Below, piece by piece: positions 1 through 9,321 of a stretch of 64,000 nucleotides of DNA (within the stretch, counting starts at the first letter, position 1; each line of letters opens with the position of its first letter). The notes under the pieces are model-generated. The model had not been told where the DNA came from and did no database searches. It saw nothing but the letters and a program-made list of their open reading frames with translations. The stretch covers positions 224,001-288,000 of the forward strand of contig OY761159.2 of the NCBI GenBank assembly GCA_963664395.2. Reading direction: 5' to 3'. The translations under genes and the position numbers were made by a program. Source of the DNA: Candidatus Binatia bacterium (GTDB lineage: Bacteria > Desulfobacterota > Binatia > Bin18).

Positions 1-1
1 C

Positions 2-244
2 CTGGAACTCACCGGCACGCCGAGCATGATCGCCGACCACATGGAGGAATGGCTCACGACCGAAGGGTCGGACGGCTTTAACGTCATGTTCCCCTATCTG
101 CCGGGCGGGCTGGACGACTTTGTGGATCGGGTCGTGCCGGAGTTGCAGCGACGCGGTTTGTTTCGGCACGAATACGAGGGCGCTACGCTGCGTGAAAACC
201 TCGGCCTGCCCCGCCCGGAGAATCGTTTCTTTCAGACCCGATGA
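2..244 (+). CDS. LLM-class flavin-dependent monooxygenase (NtaA/SnaA/DszA-like), C-terminal part, 5'-truncated by window edge
   Basis: Open frame from base 2; GTPSMIADHMEEW...DGFNV...FVDRVVPELQRRGLFRHEYEGATLRENLGL is the typical NtaA/DszA C-terminus. Confidence 0.9.
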   Translation: MELTGTPSMIADHMEEWLTTEGSDGFNVMFPYLPGGLDDFVDRVVPELQRRGLFRHEYEGATLRENLGLPRPENRFFQTR

Positions 245-278
245 ATTGGTCACGACGTACAAGTGAGGAGGCAACGGA

Positions 279-1079
279 ATGGCTGACCCAACTTCGTATC
301 AGGCCGCAGCTCACTTTTTGTTGAATGAACGTCAGGCCGGCCGCCCCTTTGCACCCATCCCAGAGCCGCACACGCCGCACCGCCTTGAAGACGCCTATGC
401 TGTTCAGGCCGAGCTTCAGCAACTTTTGACAGGGACCCACGGCCCTATCGCCGGGCATAAAATTGCACTGACCACACCCGTTATGCAAAAAATGGTCGGC
501 TTTGACGAACCCATTGCTGGCGCCATCATGGAAAAGACCATCCACCATACCCCGGCTCGGGTGCGCCTGAGCGACTACGGCCGCTTGGGAGTCGAGTGTG
601 AGATTGCCGTGCGGCTGGCGCAGGATTTGCCAGCCGAGCGGGCACCCTATACGCGCGACAGCGTTGCCGAGGCAATCGGGGCTGTCACGGCTGCCTTTGA
701 ACTGGTTGATGATCGCCACGCTGACTACACCAAAATCGCCGACCACATCCTGACGCTGCTCGCGGACAACACCTGGAACGGCGGCATTGTCCTGGGTTCG
801 CCGCTGACAGACTGGCAACCGCTCGACCTGGCAGCCATACACGGCACCATGCGCATCAATGATGAGATCGTTGGAGAAGGGGATGGCCGGGATGTGATGG
901 GGCATCCGCTTGATGCCTTAGCCTGGCTGGCGAGCACGCTGGCCACCCAAGGCAAGAGCTTGGCTCAAGGCATGGTCGTCATGACCGGCAGCGTAGTGGC
1001 GACCAAGTTTGTGAGCCGGGGCGATAAGGTGCAGTTGACGATGAATGGGCTGGGCGAAGTGGAGCTGAGCGTTGCGTAA
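279..1079 (+). CDS. 2-keto-4-pentenoate hydratase / fumarylacetoacetate hydrolase family protein
   Basis: GHKIALT, VECEIAVRL, ELVDDR, LADN, GHPLDALAWLA, MTGS motifs; GAGGAGG RBS. Confidence 0.85.
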   Translation: MADPTSYQAAAHFLLNERQAGRPFAPIPEPHTPHRLEDAYAVQAELQQLLTGTHGPIAGHKIALTTPVMQKMVGFDEPIAGAIMEKTIHHTPARVRLSDYGRLGVECEIAVRLAQDLPAERAPYTRDSVAEAIGAVTAAFELVDDRHADYTKIADHILTLLADNTWNGGIVLGSPLTDWQPLDLAAIHGTMRINDEIVGEGDGRDVMGHPLDALAWLASTLATQGKSLAQGMVVMTGSVVATKFVSRGDKVQLTMNGLGEVELSVA

Positions 1080-1091
1080 ACGGGGCAACCT

Positions 1092-1127
1092 ACCCCGCCG
1101 CTACGCGGCACCCCTCCCGAGAGGGGA
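1092..1127. repeat. REP-like double hairpin between convergent genes
   Basis: GCCGC-tac-GCGGC followed by CCCCTC-ccga-GAGGGG. Confidence 0.55.
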
Positions 1128-1142
1128 CAGGAATAGCCCGAC

Positions 1143-2852
1143 TTACTTCCCCATCTTTTCGTCTAGGAACGCGCTGACCTTATCAAGCCCGATGCGCTCC
1201 TGCTCAAGCGTGTCACGGTAACGTACGGTTACGGTCTGGTCCGCAAGCGTGTCGCCGTCAATCGTAAAGCAGTAGGGCGTTCCGGCTTCATCCATGCGCG
1301 CGTAGCGTTTGCCGATGTTCTGCTTCACATCAAGCTGAACGGCATATTTCGGGCGCAACTCCTGGTAGAGCTTCTCGGCAACCTCTGGCATACCGCTTTT
1401 GTTGACCAGGGGAAACACCGCCGCCTTGATCGGAGCCAGCCGGGGGTGGAATTTCATATAGACCTTGCTCGGCCGGCTCTCGTCGGGCGTATAGGCTTCG
1501 CACAGCGCGGCCAGGGTCCCACGGTCGGCGCCGGCGCTCGGCTCAATCACGTGCGGGAAATAGCGCTCGTTGCGCTGGTCATCAAAATAGCGCAGCTTGT
1601 CTCCTTGGCCGCAATGGATAGCGTGCTGACGTAGATCATAGTCGGTCCGATGCGCCACGCCCTCCAGCTCACCGTAGCCGGGTGCGGTAAATGGAAAGCG
1701 GTATTCGATATCGCTCGTACCAGCCCCCTCTTTGGCATAATGAGCCAGTTCGTCCTGGTCGTGTTCACGCAGCGTCAGGTTTTCGCCAGCCAGACCAATA
1801 GACTGCCACCAGCGAAAACGGGTGTCGCGCCAGTACTGATACCACTCGGCCGCTTCACTGGGATGAATGAAGAACTCGATTTCCATCTGCTCAAACTCGC
1901 GCGACCGGAACGTAAAATTGCGCGGCGTGACCTCGTTGCGGAACGCTTTGCCGATCTGCGCAATCCCAAACGGCACGCGCACCCGATTGCTATCCAGCAC
2001 ATTCCAGAACTGGGTAAAAATTCCCTGGGCCGTCTCCGGGCGCAGATAGGTAACCGCCGACGGGTCTTCGACCGCCCCGGTTGTGGTCTTGAACATCAGA
2101 TTGAAAGGCCGCGGCTCAGTCATCTCCCCGCCGCAAAACGGGCACGGTGCCTCCCAGTCTTTGTAAATGCCCCTCAGCATTTCATAACGTTCAGTCTCTT
2201 CAACACCGTTACGTTGGAGCGTCAGCAATATCAATTTTCCGTCCGTCCTCGCCAGAAGCTTGACCAAGGCGTCGAGTCTGAGTCTGATTGGCGACTCATC
2301 TCCATCCGCTTCATCGCCGATCTTGGCGATGAAGCGCAGGAGGGCCAAGGTTTCGTCCGGCTGTCGCACTAGCGACAAGCCAGGAGCCAACTTGCCCGAC
2401 TTCTGAGCCCAGCGGCGTAAGCTCTTAACGGTCGGCGGACCAGCGGCGTGCAACTCGGCGAGCGAGGCATACCAGTCACTCTCGTGGATGATCTCCCAGA
2501 TGTGATCGTACCGCACGAGCTTTTTGCAGTGACGGCAGGTGCTCATCAAATCGGAGAACCCGCCCACATGACCCGAGGCTTCCCAGACTTTCGGGTTCAT
2601 AATAATGGTCGTGTCAACCGGAACGATCTCAATGGGGCGACCGTTCGGACCGGGGGCCGGGCAGCGGACCACGTCCTGCCACCAAGCTTCCTTGAGGTTG
2701 CGCTTCAGTTCGGTGCCCAGCGGGCCATAGTCCCAGAAGCCATTAATGCCGCCGTACAGTTCGGACGACTGAAAGATAAACCCGCGCCGCCGGCATAACG
2801 AGACGATGGGGTCCATTGATTTTACAGCTACTGTTGGAGTCTGTTTGCTCAT
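1143..2852 (-). CDS. glyQS: Glycine--tRNA ligase, homodimeric (alpha2) type, with long insertion domain
   Basis: RRGFIFQSSELYGG..WDYGPLG, YLRPETAQGIF, GKAFRNEVTPRNFTFRSREFEQMEIE, IEPSAGADR, anticodon-binding IGKRYARMDEAGTP. Confidence 0.96.
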   Translation of the reverse strand: MSKQTPTVAVKSMDPIVSLCRRRGFIFQSSELYGGINGFWDYGPLGTELKRNLKEAWWQDVVRCPAPGPNGRPIEIVPVDTTIIMNPKVWEASGHVGGFSDLMSTCRHCKKLVRYDHIWEIIHESDWYASLAELHAAGPPTVKSLRRWAQKSGKLAPGLSLVRQPDETLALLRFIAKIGDEADGDESPIRLRLDALVKLLARTDGKLILLTLQRNGVEETERYEMLRGIYKDWEAPCPFCGGEMTEPRPFNLMFKTTTGAVEDPSAVTYLRPETAQGIFTQFWNVLDSNRVRVPFGIAQIGKAFRNEVTPRNFTFRSREFEQMEIEFFIHPSEAAEWYQYWRDTRFRWWQSIGLAGENLTLREHDQDELAHYAKEGAGTSDIEYRFPFTAPGYGELEGVAHRTDYDLRQHAIHCGQGDKLRYFDDQRNERYFPHVIEPSAGADRGTLAALCEAYTPDESRPSKVYMKFHPRLAPIKAAVFPLVNKSGMPEVAEKLYQELRPKYAVQLDVKQNIGKRYARMDEAGTPYCFTIDGDTLADQTVTVRYRDTLEQERIGLDKVSAFLDEKMGK

Positions 2853-3019
2853 ACGGCTGATCTCATTTTGTCTGTATTATTCTACTGGGCGTTTTTGTGG
2901 GCGGCATGATATGGGATGGCCCGTACCACGGCAAGGGAGCAGCGCCCCTCTTTGCCTCAGGAAGCAGACGCTGTACAAATAACCACACAACGGACACCCT
3001 GTCTGGCAAGGAGAAAACC

Positions 3020-4261
3020 ATGGGGAAAGCTTTGAGCGGCATCCGTATTCTCGACATGACCCACGTCCAGATGGGGCCTTCTTGCACCCAGATTCTCGCC
3101 TGGCTCGGCGCGGACGTCATCAAAGTTGAACTGCCGGGTCGGGGCGATATCACCCGCCAGCAGCTCCGGGACCTGCCTGATGTCGATAGCCTGTATTTCA
3201 CCATGCTCAACTGCAACAAGCGCAGCATCACCATCAACACCAAGACCCCGAAAGGGCAGGCTATTTTCCGCAAGCTGATCGAGGTGTGTGACATATTGGT
3301 CGAAAACTTTGCGCCTGGCGCGCTGGACCGACAGGGGTTCAGTTGGGAGGCTATCCGGGAGATCAATCCGCGTATGATTTATGCCTCCGGCAAGGGGTTC
3401 GGCCCCGGTCCGTTCGCAGACTGCAAAGCCTACGAGACCGTCGCCCAAGCCATGGGGGGTGCTATGAGCACGACGGGCTGGGACGACGGCCCGCCGACCA
3501 GTACGGGAGCCCAGATTGGAGATTCCGGAACTGGCATTCATCTGGTCGCCGCTATTCTGGCGGCCCTCTTTCAGCGCGAGAAAACCGGAGGCGGGCAGCG
3601 GGTCGAGGTCGCCATGCAGGATGCGGTGCTGAACCTGTGCCGCGTCAAGCTGCGCGACCAGCAGCGACTTGCCCACGGGCCCTTGAAGGAATATCCGCAA
3701 TATCCCGATAAGCCCTTTGGCGACGCAGTGCCGCGCTCCGGCAACGCCTCCGGCGGCGGCCATCCGGGGGTCGCCCTCAAATGTAAGCCCGGCGGCCCCA
3801 ACGACTACATCTATGTGGTTGTCCAGGCCCAGGTCTGGAAGCCGCTGATGAAGCTCATCGGCCGTGAGGACCTCGTCGACCATCCGGAGTACGCCACACC
3901 GGAGGCCCGCCTTTCACACCTGAACGACTGTTTCACAGTTATCGAAGAATGGACCCAACAACACACCAAATACGAAGCAATGCAACTCCTCAACACGGTC
4001 AACGTGCCCTGCGGCCCGGTCCTGGACATGAAAGAGTTGATGGAGGATGAGTCGCTGACTGCGCGGGGCATTGTGGCCGAAGTCGAGCATCCGCAACGCG
4101 GGTCATTCAAGACGGTCGGCTGCCCGCTGAAGCTCTCCGATTCACCAGTCGAAGTACAGACCTCGCCCCGCCTTGGCGAGCATACCGAGGAAATCCTTCG
4201 GGAGCTTGTCGGCTACGGTGACAAGGAGGTCGAGGCAGCGCGGGCTGAAGGCGCGGTCTGA
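3020..4261 (+). CDS. frc: Formyl-CoA transferase (CoA-transferase family III)
   Basis: [70 protein letters not shown] loop; AAGGAG RBS before ATG 3020. Confidence 0.9.
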   Translation: MGKALSGIRILDMTHVQMGPSCTQILAWLGADVIKVELPGRGDITRQQLRDLPDVDSLYFTMLNCNKRSITINTKTPKGQAIFRKLIEVCDILVENFAPGALDRQGFSWEAIREINPRMIYASGKGFGPGPFADCKAYETVAQAMGGAMSTTGWDDGPPTSTGAQIGDSGTGIHLVAAILAALFQREKTGGGQRVEVAMQDAVLNLCRVKLRDQQRLAHGPLKEYPQYPDKPFGDAVPRSGNASGGGHPGVALKCKPGGPNDYIYVVVQAQVWKPLMKLIGREDLVDHPEYATPEARLSHLNDCFTVIEEWTQQHTKYEAMQLLNTVNVPCGPVLDMKELMEDESLTARGIVAEVEHPQRGSFKTVGCPLKLSDSPVEVQTSPRLGEHTEEILRELVGYGDKEVEAARAEGAV

Positions 4262-4316
4262 CAGGTGTCGCAAAACCTCCCTCGCTCTTGATCCGCTCAG
4301 CTTCCAGTCAAAACAT

Positions 4317-5882
4317 ATGTCACTCATTACCTGGTCGTGGATCTTTCTCATCATCTATATCGGGGCCATGCTGGCCATCGGCGTCTTCGCCCAACGACGG
4401 GTCAAGCACGCTGACGACTTTGCCACTGCGCGCGGCTCGTACGGACCGTTGTTTCTCGCGCTGGCCTTTGCCGCCACAACGGCCAGCGGCGCAACCTTCC
4501 TCGGGGCGCCGGGTCTGAGCTACGAGTGGGGGTTGCCCACGGTCTGGGGCAGCTTTCTGTACCCGACCGGCGTGTATGTCGGCGTGTTGGTCGCCATGCG
4601 CCTGATTACTACCTCGGGCCATCGGTTTGGGAACCGCTCCATACCGGAATACCTCGGCGACCGCTACCAATCCGATGGCATTCGGGTCCTCATCTCAATC
4701 TTTTCATTAGTGTTGTTTTTCTATCTGGCCGGCCAGTTGGTGTCCGGGCTCGTGATGTTCGAGATTATGCTGGGCTTGTCACCACTGTGGGCGCTGCTCA
4801 TCACCACCTCAGTGTTGTTGATTTATGTCGTGCTCGGCGGCGCGCATGCCGACATCCTGACGGATGGGGTTCAGGGGTTCATGATGCTGCTGGTCGCGGT
4901 GGTGGTCATCGTACTCTTTCTGACCGGCTTTGGTGTAGACGGCGGAAGAGCAGGCATGCTGGGCATTATCGACCGCCTCGCCGAGCAGGACGCGCACCTG
5001 GTCGGCACGCTCAATGCCGAGACCGCCCTCTACCATTCCTGGTGGTCAATTGTCGCCATTTTTATTTCACACATACCGCTCGGCCTGCTCCCCCATCTCG
5101 GGAATAAACTCTGGGCCTTAAAGGACGTGAGCCAGCAGAAAACGTTTATCAAGCTGGCATTCACGTTTGGGCTGACGCTGGGCATGCTCGGGTTGGGCGG
5201 TCTCCTCGCCCGCGCGCTATTTGGCGATGCACTCTACGCGGCTGGGGCGAATCCGAATCAGGCCCTCCCCCTCCTCTTCATCGAGTTGTTTCCAACCTGG
5301 CTCGCCGCCCTCATTGGGGTTGGCGTTCTGGCGGCGATCATGTCGACCGCCGACGGCCTGGTCATCTCCTCATCCCAAGTGATTGCCAACGATCTCTACC
5401 GTCGGACCATCGTACCTCGACTCAAGAATCCTCCGAATGCTGAGCAACTTGACCGGCGGATTTTAGCCATCAGCCGGGTGTCTACCGTCGTTGTGCTGTT
5501 TATTTGTGCCGCCTTAGCCTGGGCCTTAGTCGAGACCAACATCGCGCTCATTGTCTGGATCGGGAACGGGGGCATGATGGCGGCCTTTGCCGGTCCCTTA
5601 GTGGTCGGTGCGCTCTGGCGCGGCGTCACCCGCACAGGAGCCTATGCCGGTCTGGTCAGCGGCTTCGTCACCTTCCTGGTGCTGCATACCCAACTGCTTG
5701 ACCCCGCATGGTTCGGGCCTGGCACAACTCACGATGTCGTGGCTTGGCTCCACGCCGAAGGCCCCAGCCCCTTCTCCTGTGCGACGCTGGGAGAGCTCGC
5801 GTCAGTCGGCTTTACGTATGCGGTATCCAAACTGACCCAGCCGTTACCCGAGTCGCATGTGAAGGCGTTGTTTGAGTCTTGA
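4317..5882 (+). CDS. Sodium:solute symporter (SSS, PanF/PutP-like), paralogue 1
   Basis: About 13 hydrophobic segments; SGATFLG, SIPEYLGDRY, TDGVQG, LAAIMSTAD motifs; ATG 4317 aligns with start of paralogue 2. Confidence 0.92.
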   Translation: MSLITWSWIFLIIYIGAMLAIGVFAQRRVKHADDFATARGSYGPLFLALAFAATTASGATFLGAPGLSYEWGLPTVWGSFLYPTGVYVGVLVAMRLITTSGHRFGNRSIPEYLGDRYQSDGIRVLISIFSLVLFFYLAGQLVSGLVMFEIMLGLSPLWALLITTSVLLIYVVLGGAHADILTDGVQGFMMLLVAVVVIVLFLTGFGVDGGRAGMLGIIDRLAEQDAHLVGTLNAETALYHSWWSIVAIFISHIPLGLLPHLGNKLWALKDVSQQKTFIKLAFTFGLTLGMLGLGGLLARALFGDALYAAGANPNQALPLLFIELFPTWLAALIGVGVLAAIMSTADGLVISSSQVIANDLYRRTIVPRLKNPPNAEQLDRRILAISRVSTVVVLFICAALAWALVETNIALIVWIGNGGMMAAFAGPLVVGALWRGVTRTGAYAGLVSGFVTFLVLHTQLLDPAWFGPGTTHDVVAWLHAEGPSPFSCATLGELASVGFTYAVSKLTQPLPESHVKALFES

Positions 5883-5959
5883 ATAAGTTTCGAGGATAGA
5901 TATACAGGCCATCTGAACTGACACGGCGTAAAAAGTTACAGGGGGAAAGCGGCAGTCAT

Positions 5960-6265
5960 ATGGCAAGTGGGATAAGAATAGGCATTCAGATCGTTAAGGC
6001 TATCGATCGCGCTCACAGACAGTCTCTACGAGAGGCTGAGAGAAGACGCAAGGCTGAGGAAAGGGAAGCCGCACGTCAACAACGAGAGCGCGCGCGTTTG
6101 CTGAAACAGCAAGAGCGTGAGAGAGCAGCTTACGAGCGAGCACAAGCAGTTACAGAGAAAAATAGGTTTAAGCAGAGTCTAGAAAACGCTCAAGCAGCTT
6201 TCGATATGAGATGTCGAGAGCGGAAAATCCTTCGTGAATCAATAATCAATGAGGTTCTAAAATAA
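5960..6265 (+). CDS. Small charged coiled-coil hypothetical protein
   Basis: 101-aa ORF rich in E/R/Q/K, lower GC, 11 bp upstream of next gene. Confidence 0.65.
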   Translation: MASGIRIGIQIVKAIDRAHRQSLREAERRRKAEEREAARQQRERARLLKQQERERAAYERAQAVTEKNRFKQSLENAQAAFDMRCRERKILRESIINEVLK

Positions 6266-6276
6266 GGTAGAGAACA

Positions 6277-7704
6277 GTGGATGCTCAGTATATTGCGGGA
6301 ACGCTGGTAGTCTTATCCTTTTCCATCATCGCAACTTACTTCTTAGTTCGTAATAAATTTAAGAAGCAGATTGTAGAATACCGCTCCATCTCCGATGCGA
6401 TCGCGGAGACCGCTCAGAAACTGACTCGAACTGAAACAGAGCTTACCGAAGCCCAGGGACGACTTGAGACTGTTAGAGACGAAACAAGGGAGCTTCAAGA
6501 CCTCAAGGAGAACGCCGGGCAACTTAAGGCCCAACTGGAAGAGTCATCAAAGCAGCTCGAAGAGATATCCGTCGATATTGAATCCAAAGAAGATAGACTG
6601 GACACCCTGGACGAGCAGCTTCACCAATTAATGTCAAAAGTTGACCTCTATTCTAGAGTCGACGAATTTGTCGAGCATGGCCTATTCGAAGAGCCGGAGT
6701 ATCTATTTGAAACCACAGATCGCTTCGTTGAAGAAATCAAACGAACCCGCGAGAAGCAAAAAGAACTGATCAAGAATAAAGAAGCCCTTACTTTTCCTAG
6801 TTCTCTTACCATTTCATCAGATAAAAGGCAGGACAAGAAAATACTAGAAGGCCAAGTCAAACTCATATTGACTGCTTTTAATATTGAGTGCGATCTTCTT
6901 ATCGGCAAGGTTAATCCTGGTAATTTTGCGCGTACTTTAGAGCGCATTGAGAAGCTGGCGGCTACGCTCGAAAAATCTGCGGCTACTCTGCATTGCGGGT
7001 TCAACATTGAATTTGTTCGACTAAAATTCGAAGAATGTAGGCAGCAGTATCAATTCAAACTGAAGAAGCAGGAAGAACAAGAAGAGCAACGCTTGATTCG
7101 TGAGCAGATGCGCGAGGAGCAAAAAGCGATCAAAGAATATGAACGCGCATTGGCCCAGGCGGAAAAGGAGGAGCGTCTATACCGCGACATGCTTGAGAGG
7201 GCCCGCAATGAACTTGAGCAGGCTACTGCAGATGATCGCCTTATCACAGAACAACGGATTGCCTACCTTGAGAGACAACTTGCAGAAGCTGAGGCAAAAG
7301 AGGAGCGTGCCAAGAGCATGGCTGAACAGACGCGTCGTGGCCATGTCTACATCATAAGCAATTTAGGCTCATTCGGTGAAAACGTATATAAAATTGGCCT
7401 TACTCGCCGTCTAGATCCTTTAGATCGAGTGAAAGAGCTTGGCGATGCAAGTGTGCCCTTCTCTTTTGACGTTCATGCCCTAATCTACTCGGATGATGCC
7501 CCGGCACTTGAAACGGCTTTGCATCGTGAGTTCGCTCATAAGCGAGTTAACGCAGTAAACCTCCGTAAAGAGTTTTTTCGTACTGATATTACAGCCATAA
7601 AAGAAGCGGCTGAAAAAATAACCAACGGAGAAGCTGACTTTAGGCTGACTGTGGCGGCGGAAGAATATTATGAATCTAGACGTCTACAGGGAGTAGAGAC
7701 GTAG
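6277..7704 (+). CDS. DUF4041 / T5orf172 (GIY-YIG-like) domain protein with N-terminal membrane anchor and coiled coil
   Basis: N-terminal hydrophobic helix; GHVYIISNLGSFGENVYKIGLTRRLDPLDRVKELGDASVPFSFDVHA...RVNAVNLRKEFF. Confidence 0.9.
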   Translation: MDAQYIAGTLVVLSFSIIATYFLVRNKFKKQIVEYRSISDAIAETAQKLTRTETELTEAQGRLETVRDETRELQDLKENAGQLKAQLEESSKQLEEISVDIESKEDRLDTLDEQLHQLMSKVDLYSRVDEFVEHGLFEEPEYLFETTDRFVEEIKRTREKQKELIKNKEALTFPSSLTISSDKRQDKKILEGQVKLILTAFNIECDLLIGKVNPGNFARTLERIEKLAATLEKSAATLHCGFNIEFVRLKFEECRQQYQFKLKKQEEQEEQRLIREQMREEQKAIKEYERALAQAEKEERLYRDMLERARNELEQATADDRLITEQRIAYLERQLAEAEAKEERAKSMAEQTRRGHVYIISNLGSFGENVYKIGLTRRLDPLDRVKELGDASVPFSFDVHALIYSDDAPALETALHREFAHKRVNAVNLRKEFFRTDITAIKEAAEKITNGEADFRLTVAAEEYYESRRLQGVET

Positions 7705-7714
7705 AGTACAAAAG

Positions 7715-7733
7715 AGGCTTTTCGGAGCCTTCT
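7715..7733 (+). terminator. Hairpin with UUCG loop after DUF4041 gene
   Basis: AGGCTT-TTCG-GAGCCT then TCT. Confidence 0.45.
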
Positions 7734-7756
7734 ACTACCTTCTGGACTTTCAGCAT

Positions 7757-7820
7757 GAGACTCAGTTAGGCGTACATGGGTTTCGGTGCCACACTGCACG
7801 AGAAAGGAATCCGATATGAA
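7757..7820 (+). repeat. Shared leader copy A (GTTAGGC core + promoter/RBS)
   Basis: 54/64 identical by hand alignment to 11115-11177; ends in the start codon of the SDR gene. Confidence 0.9.
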
Positions 7821-8658
7821 CTCGACCCATAAACCGGTCGCCGTCGTGGTGGGAGCAACATCCAAGTGGCAGTCAGATGGCCGCAATACCAAACTCGCGC
7901 ACGGTAAGGTGATCGACGACAGCGATATGCCCGTCGGTGCGCGCTGGGGCATCGGCGGTGCCGTAGCTCAGAAGTTTGCCAAAGAGGGCTTCTTCGTCGT
8001 GTTGACGACCCGGAATGCCGCCAATGCGTCTGGGTTGGAGCAGGCAATCCGAGAGCAAGGTGGCGAAGGCATGATTGTCGAGCTGGACCTAGTGTCGCAC
8101 GACTCCATATCACAGGCGTTCGCCCAGATTCGAGAGCAAGCCGGTGACCCGAATGTCTTGGTCTACAACGCGGGCTACCTGGAGGGGCGTGACCTGCCGC
8201 CAGAGAAAGAATTGCTTGAACACATCCCGGTCGAACTATTTGACACCGCGCAGCACATCTCCAGCCGAGGACCGTTCTTAGTCGCCAAGGAGGTATTGCC
8301 CGCCATGCGAGAGCGAGGCGCAGGCTCTTTCCTCATTTCTAATAACGCGGCGGCCTTGCGCGGACGCAAGCGACTGACAGGACAGTCGTTGTACTATCCG
8401 AGAGTGATGATGCGCACGCTGGCGCAGGTGCTGACGGAGGAATATTCCGAGCATGGCGTACACGTGGCCAACGTCGTGATAGACGGCCTCATCGACTCTC
8501 CAGGCACCCGCGCCCTGCCGATAGCCCGGCAGCGGCCTGAAGTGGTGATGAATCCCGTTAAGATCGCTGAGGCGTACTATTATCTACACACCCAAGACAA
8601 ATCCTGTTGGACGCACGAACTCCAATTGACTCCATTTCCGACCAAGCCGAGCTTTTAA
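7816..8658 (+). CDS. Short-chain dehydrogenase/reductase (SDR)
   Basis: VAVVVGA...WGIGGAVAQKFAKEG, LVYNAG, HGVHVANVVIDGLID, WTHELQLTP; AAAGGA RBS. Confidence 0.88.
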   Translation: MNSTHKPVAVVVGATSKWQSDGRNTKLAHGKVIDDSDMPVGARWGIGGAVAQKFAKEGFFVVLTTRNAANASGLEQAIREQGGEGMIVELDLVSHDSISQAFAQIREQAGDPNVLVYNAGYLEGRDLPPEKELLEHIPVELFDTAQHISSRGPFLVAKEVLPAMRERGAGSFLISNNAAALRGRKRLTGQSLYYPRVMMRTLAQVLTEEYSEHGVHVANVVIDGLIDSPGTRALPIARQRPEVVMNPVKIAEAYYYLHTQDKSCWTHELQLTPFPTKPSF

Positions 8659-8679
8659 GAGCGTCAACTTAGGACAGAC

Positions 8680-8925
8680 GCTTATGCCGGTCTGGTCAGC
8701 GGTTTCGTCACCTTCCTCGTGCTACATACCCAAATGATTGATCCCGCTTGGTTTGCGCCCGGCCTGCTGCACACCGCCGCCGCCTGGCTGCACGCCGAAG
8801 GCCCCAGCCCCTTCTCCTGCGCGACGCTGGGGGAACTCATGTCAGTTGCCTGTACCTATGTCGTATCTAAAGCAACGCAGCCACTGCCCGAGTCACATGT
8901 GAAGGCGTTGTTTGAAGGGACGTAG
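8680..8925 (+). pseudogene. Orphan 3' fragment of an SSS symporter gene
   Basis: AYAGLVSGFVTFLVLHTQ...PESHVKALFEGT; 66/80 aa identical to the C-terminus of 4317-5882; no 5' part. Confidence 0.92.
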
Positions 8926-8990
8926 GCTGCGGTTGCGGAAGGACGGCTTCTTTACTGGATTGTGAACTGCCCAGTGATAGGTTAGTCCGA

Positions 8991-9017
8991 CACCTGGATT
9001 TGGTCGATTACCATTAG
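8991..9017 (+). pseudogene. Remnant of HigB toxin C-terminus
   Basis: Reads HLDLVDYH-stop directly before the higA RBS; DYH-stop is the usual end of HigB/RelE killer proteins. Confidence 0.6.
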
Positions 9018-9029
9018 GAGGACCATGAC

Positions 9030-9311
9030 GTGCCAATGAAGAACCCACCCCATCCGGGCCTGTCCGTGCGCCACGATTGCCTTGAGGCTCTGGGACTCAA
9101 TGTATCAGAGGCGGCGCGCAAGCTTGGTATCAGCCGTACGCAGCTTTCAGATATCGTGAATTGCCGCTCCGGCATTTCGCCTGAAATGGCGATCCGTCTC
9201 GACAAGGCGTTCGGCGCCGCCGCCGAGACTTGGTACCGGCTTCAATCCTCCTACGAACTGGCCCAGGCAAAGCTATCGCCTATCGTGAAACGCTCTAGCT
9301 TCTTCTTTTAG
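9030..9311 (+). CDS. higA: HigA-family addiction module antidote (Xre HTH), C-terminus probably replaced
   Basis: MKNPPHPG...[49 protein letters not shown]; AGGAGG RBS. Confidence 0.88.
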   Translation: MPMKNPPHPGLSVRHDCLEALGLNVSEAARKLGISRTQLSDIVNCRSGISPEMAIRLDKAFGAAAETWYRLQSSYELAQAKLSPIVKRSSFFF

Positions 9312-9321
9312 GTATATCTTC

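Noticed and set aside
2957-3883. Long antisense ORFs (also 183-905, 38390-39298, 46583-47239 and others)
   Set aside because: Shadow frames of well-supported genes in GC-rich DNA; no motifs or RBS
8680-8925. SSS tail duplicate as a DGR template/variable repeat
   Set aside because: Differences are not adenine-specific, many are synonymous, and there is no reverse transcriptase in the window
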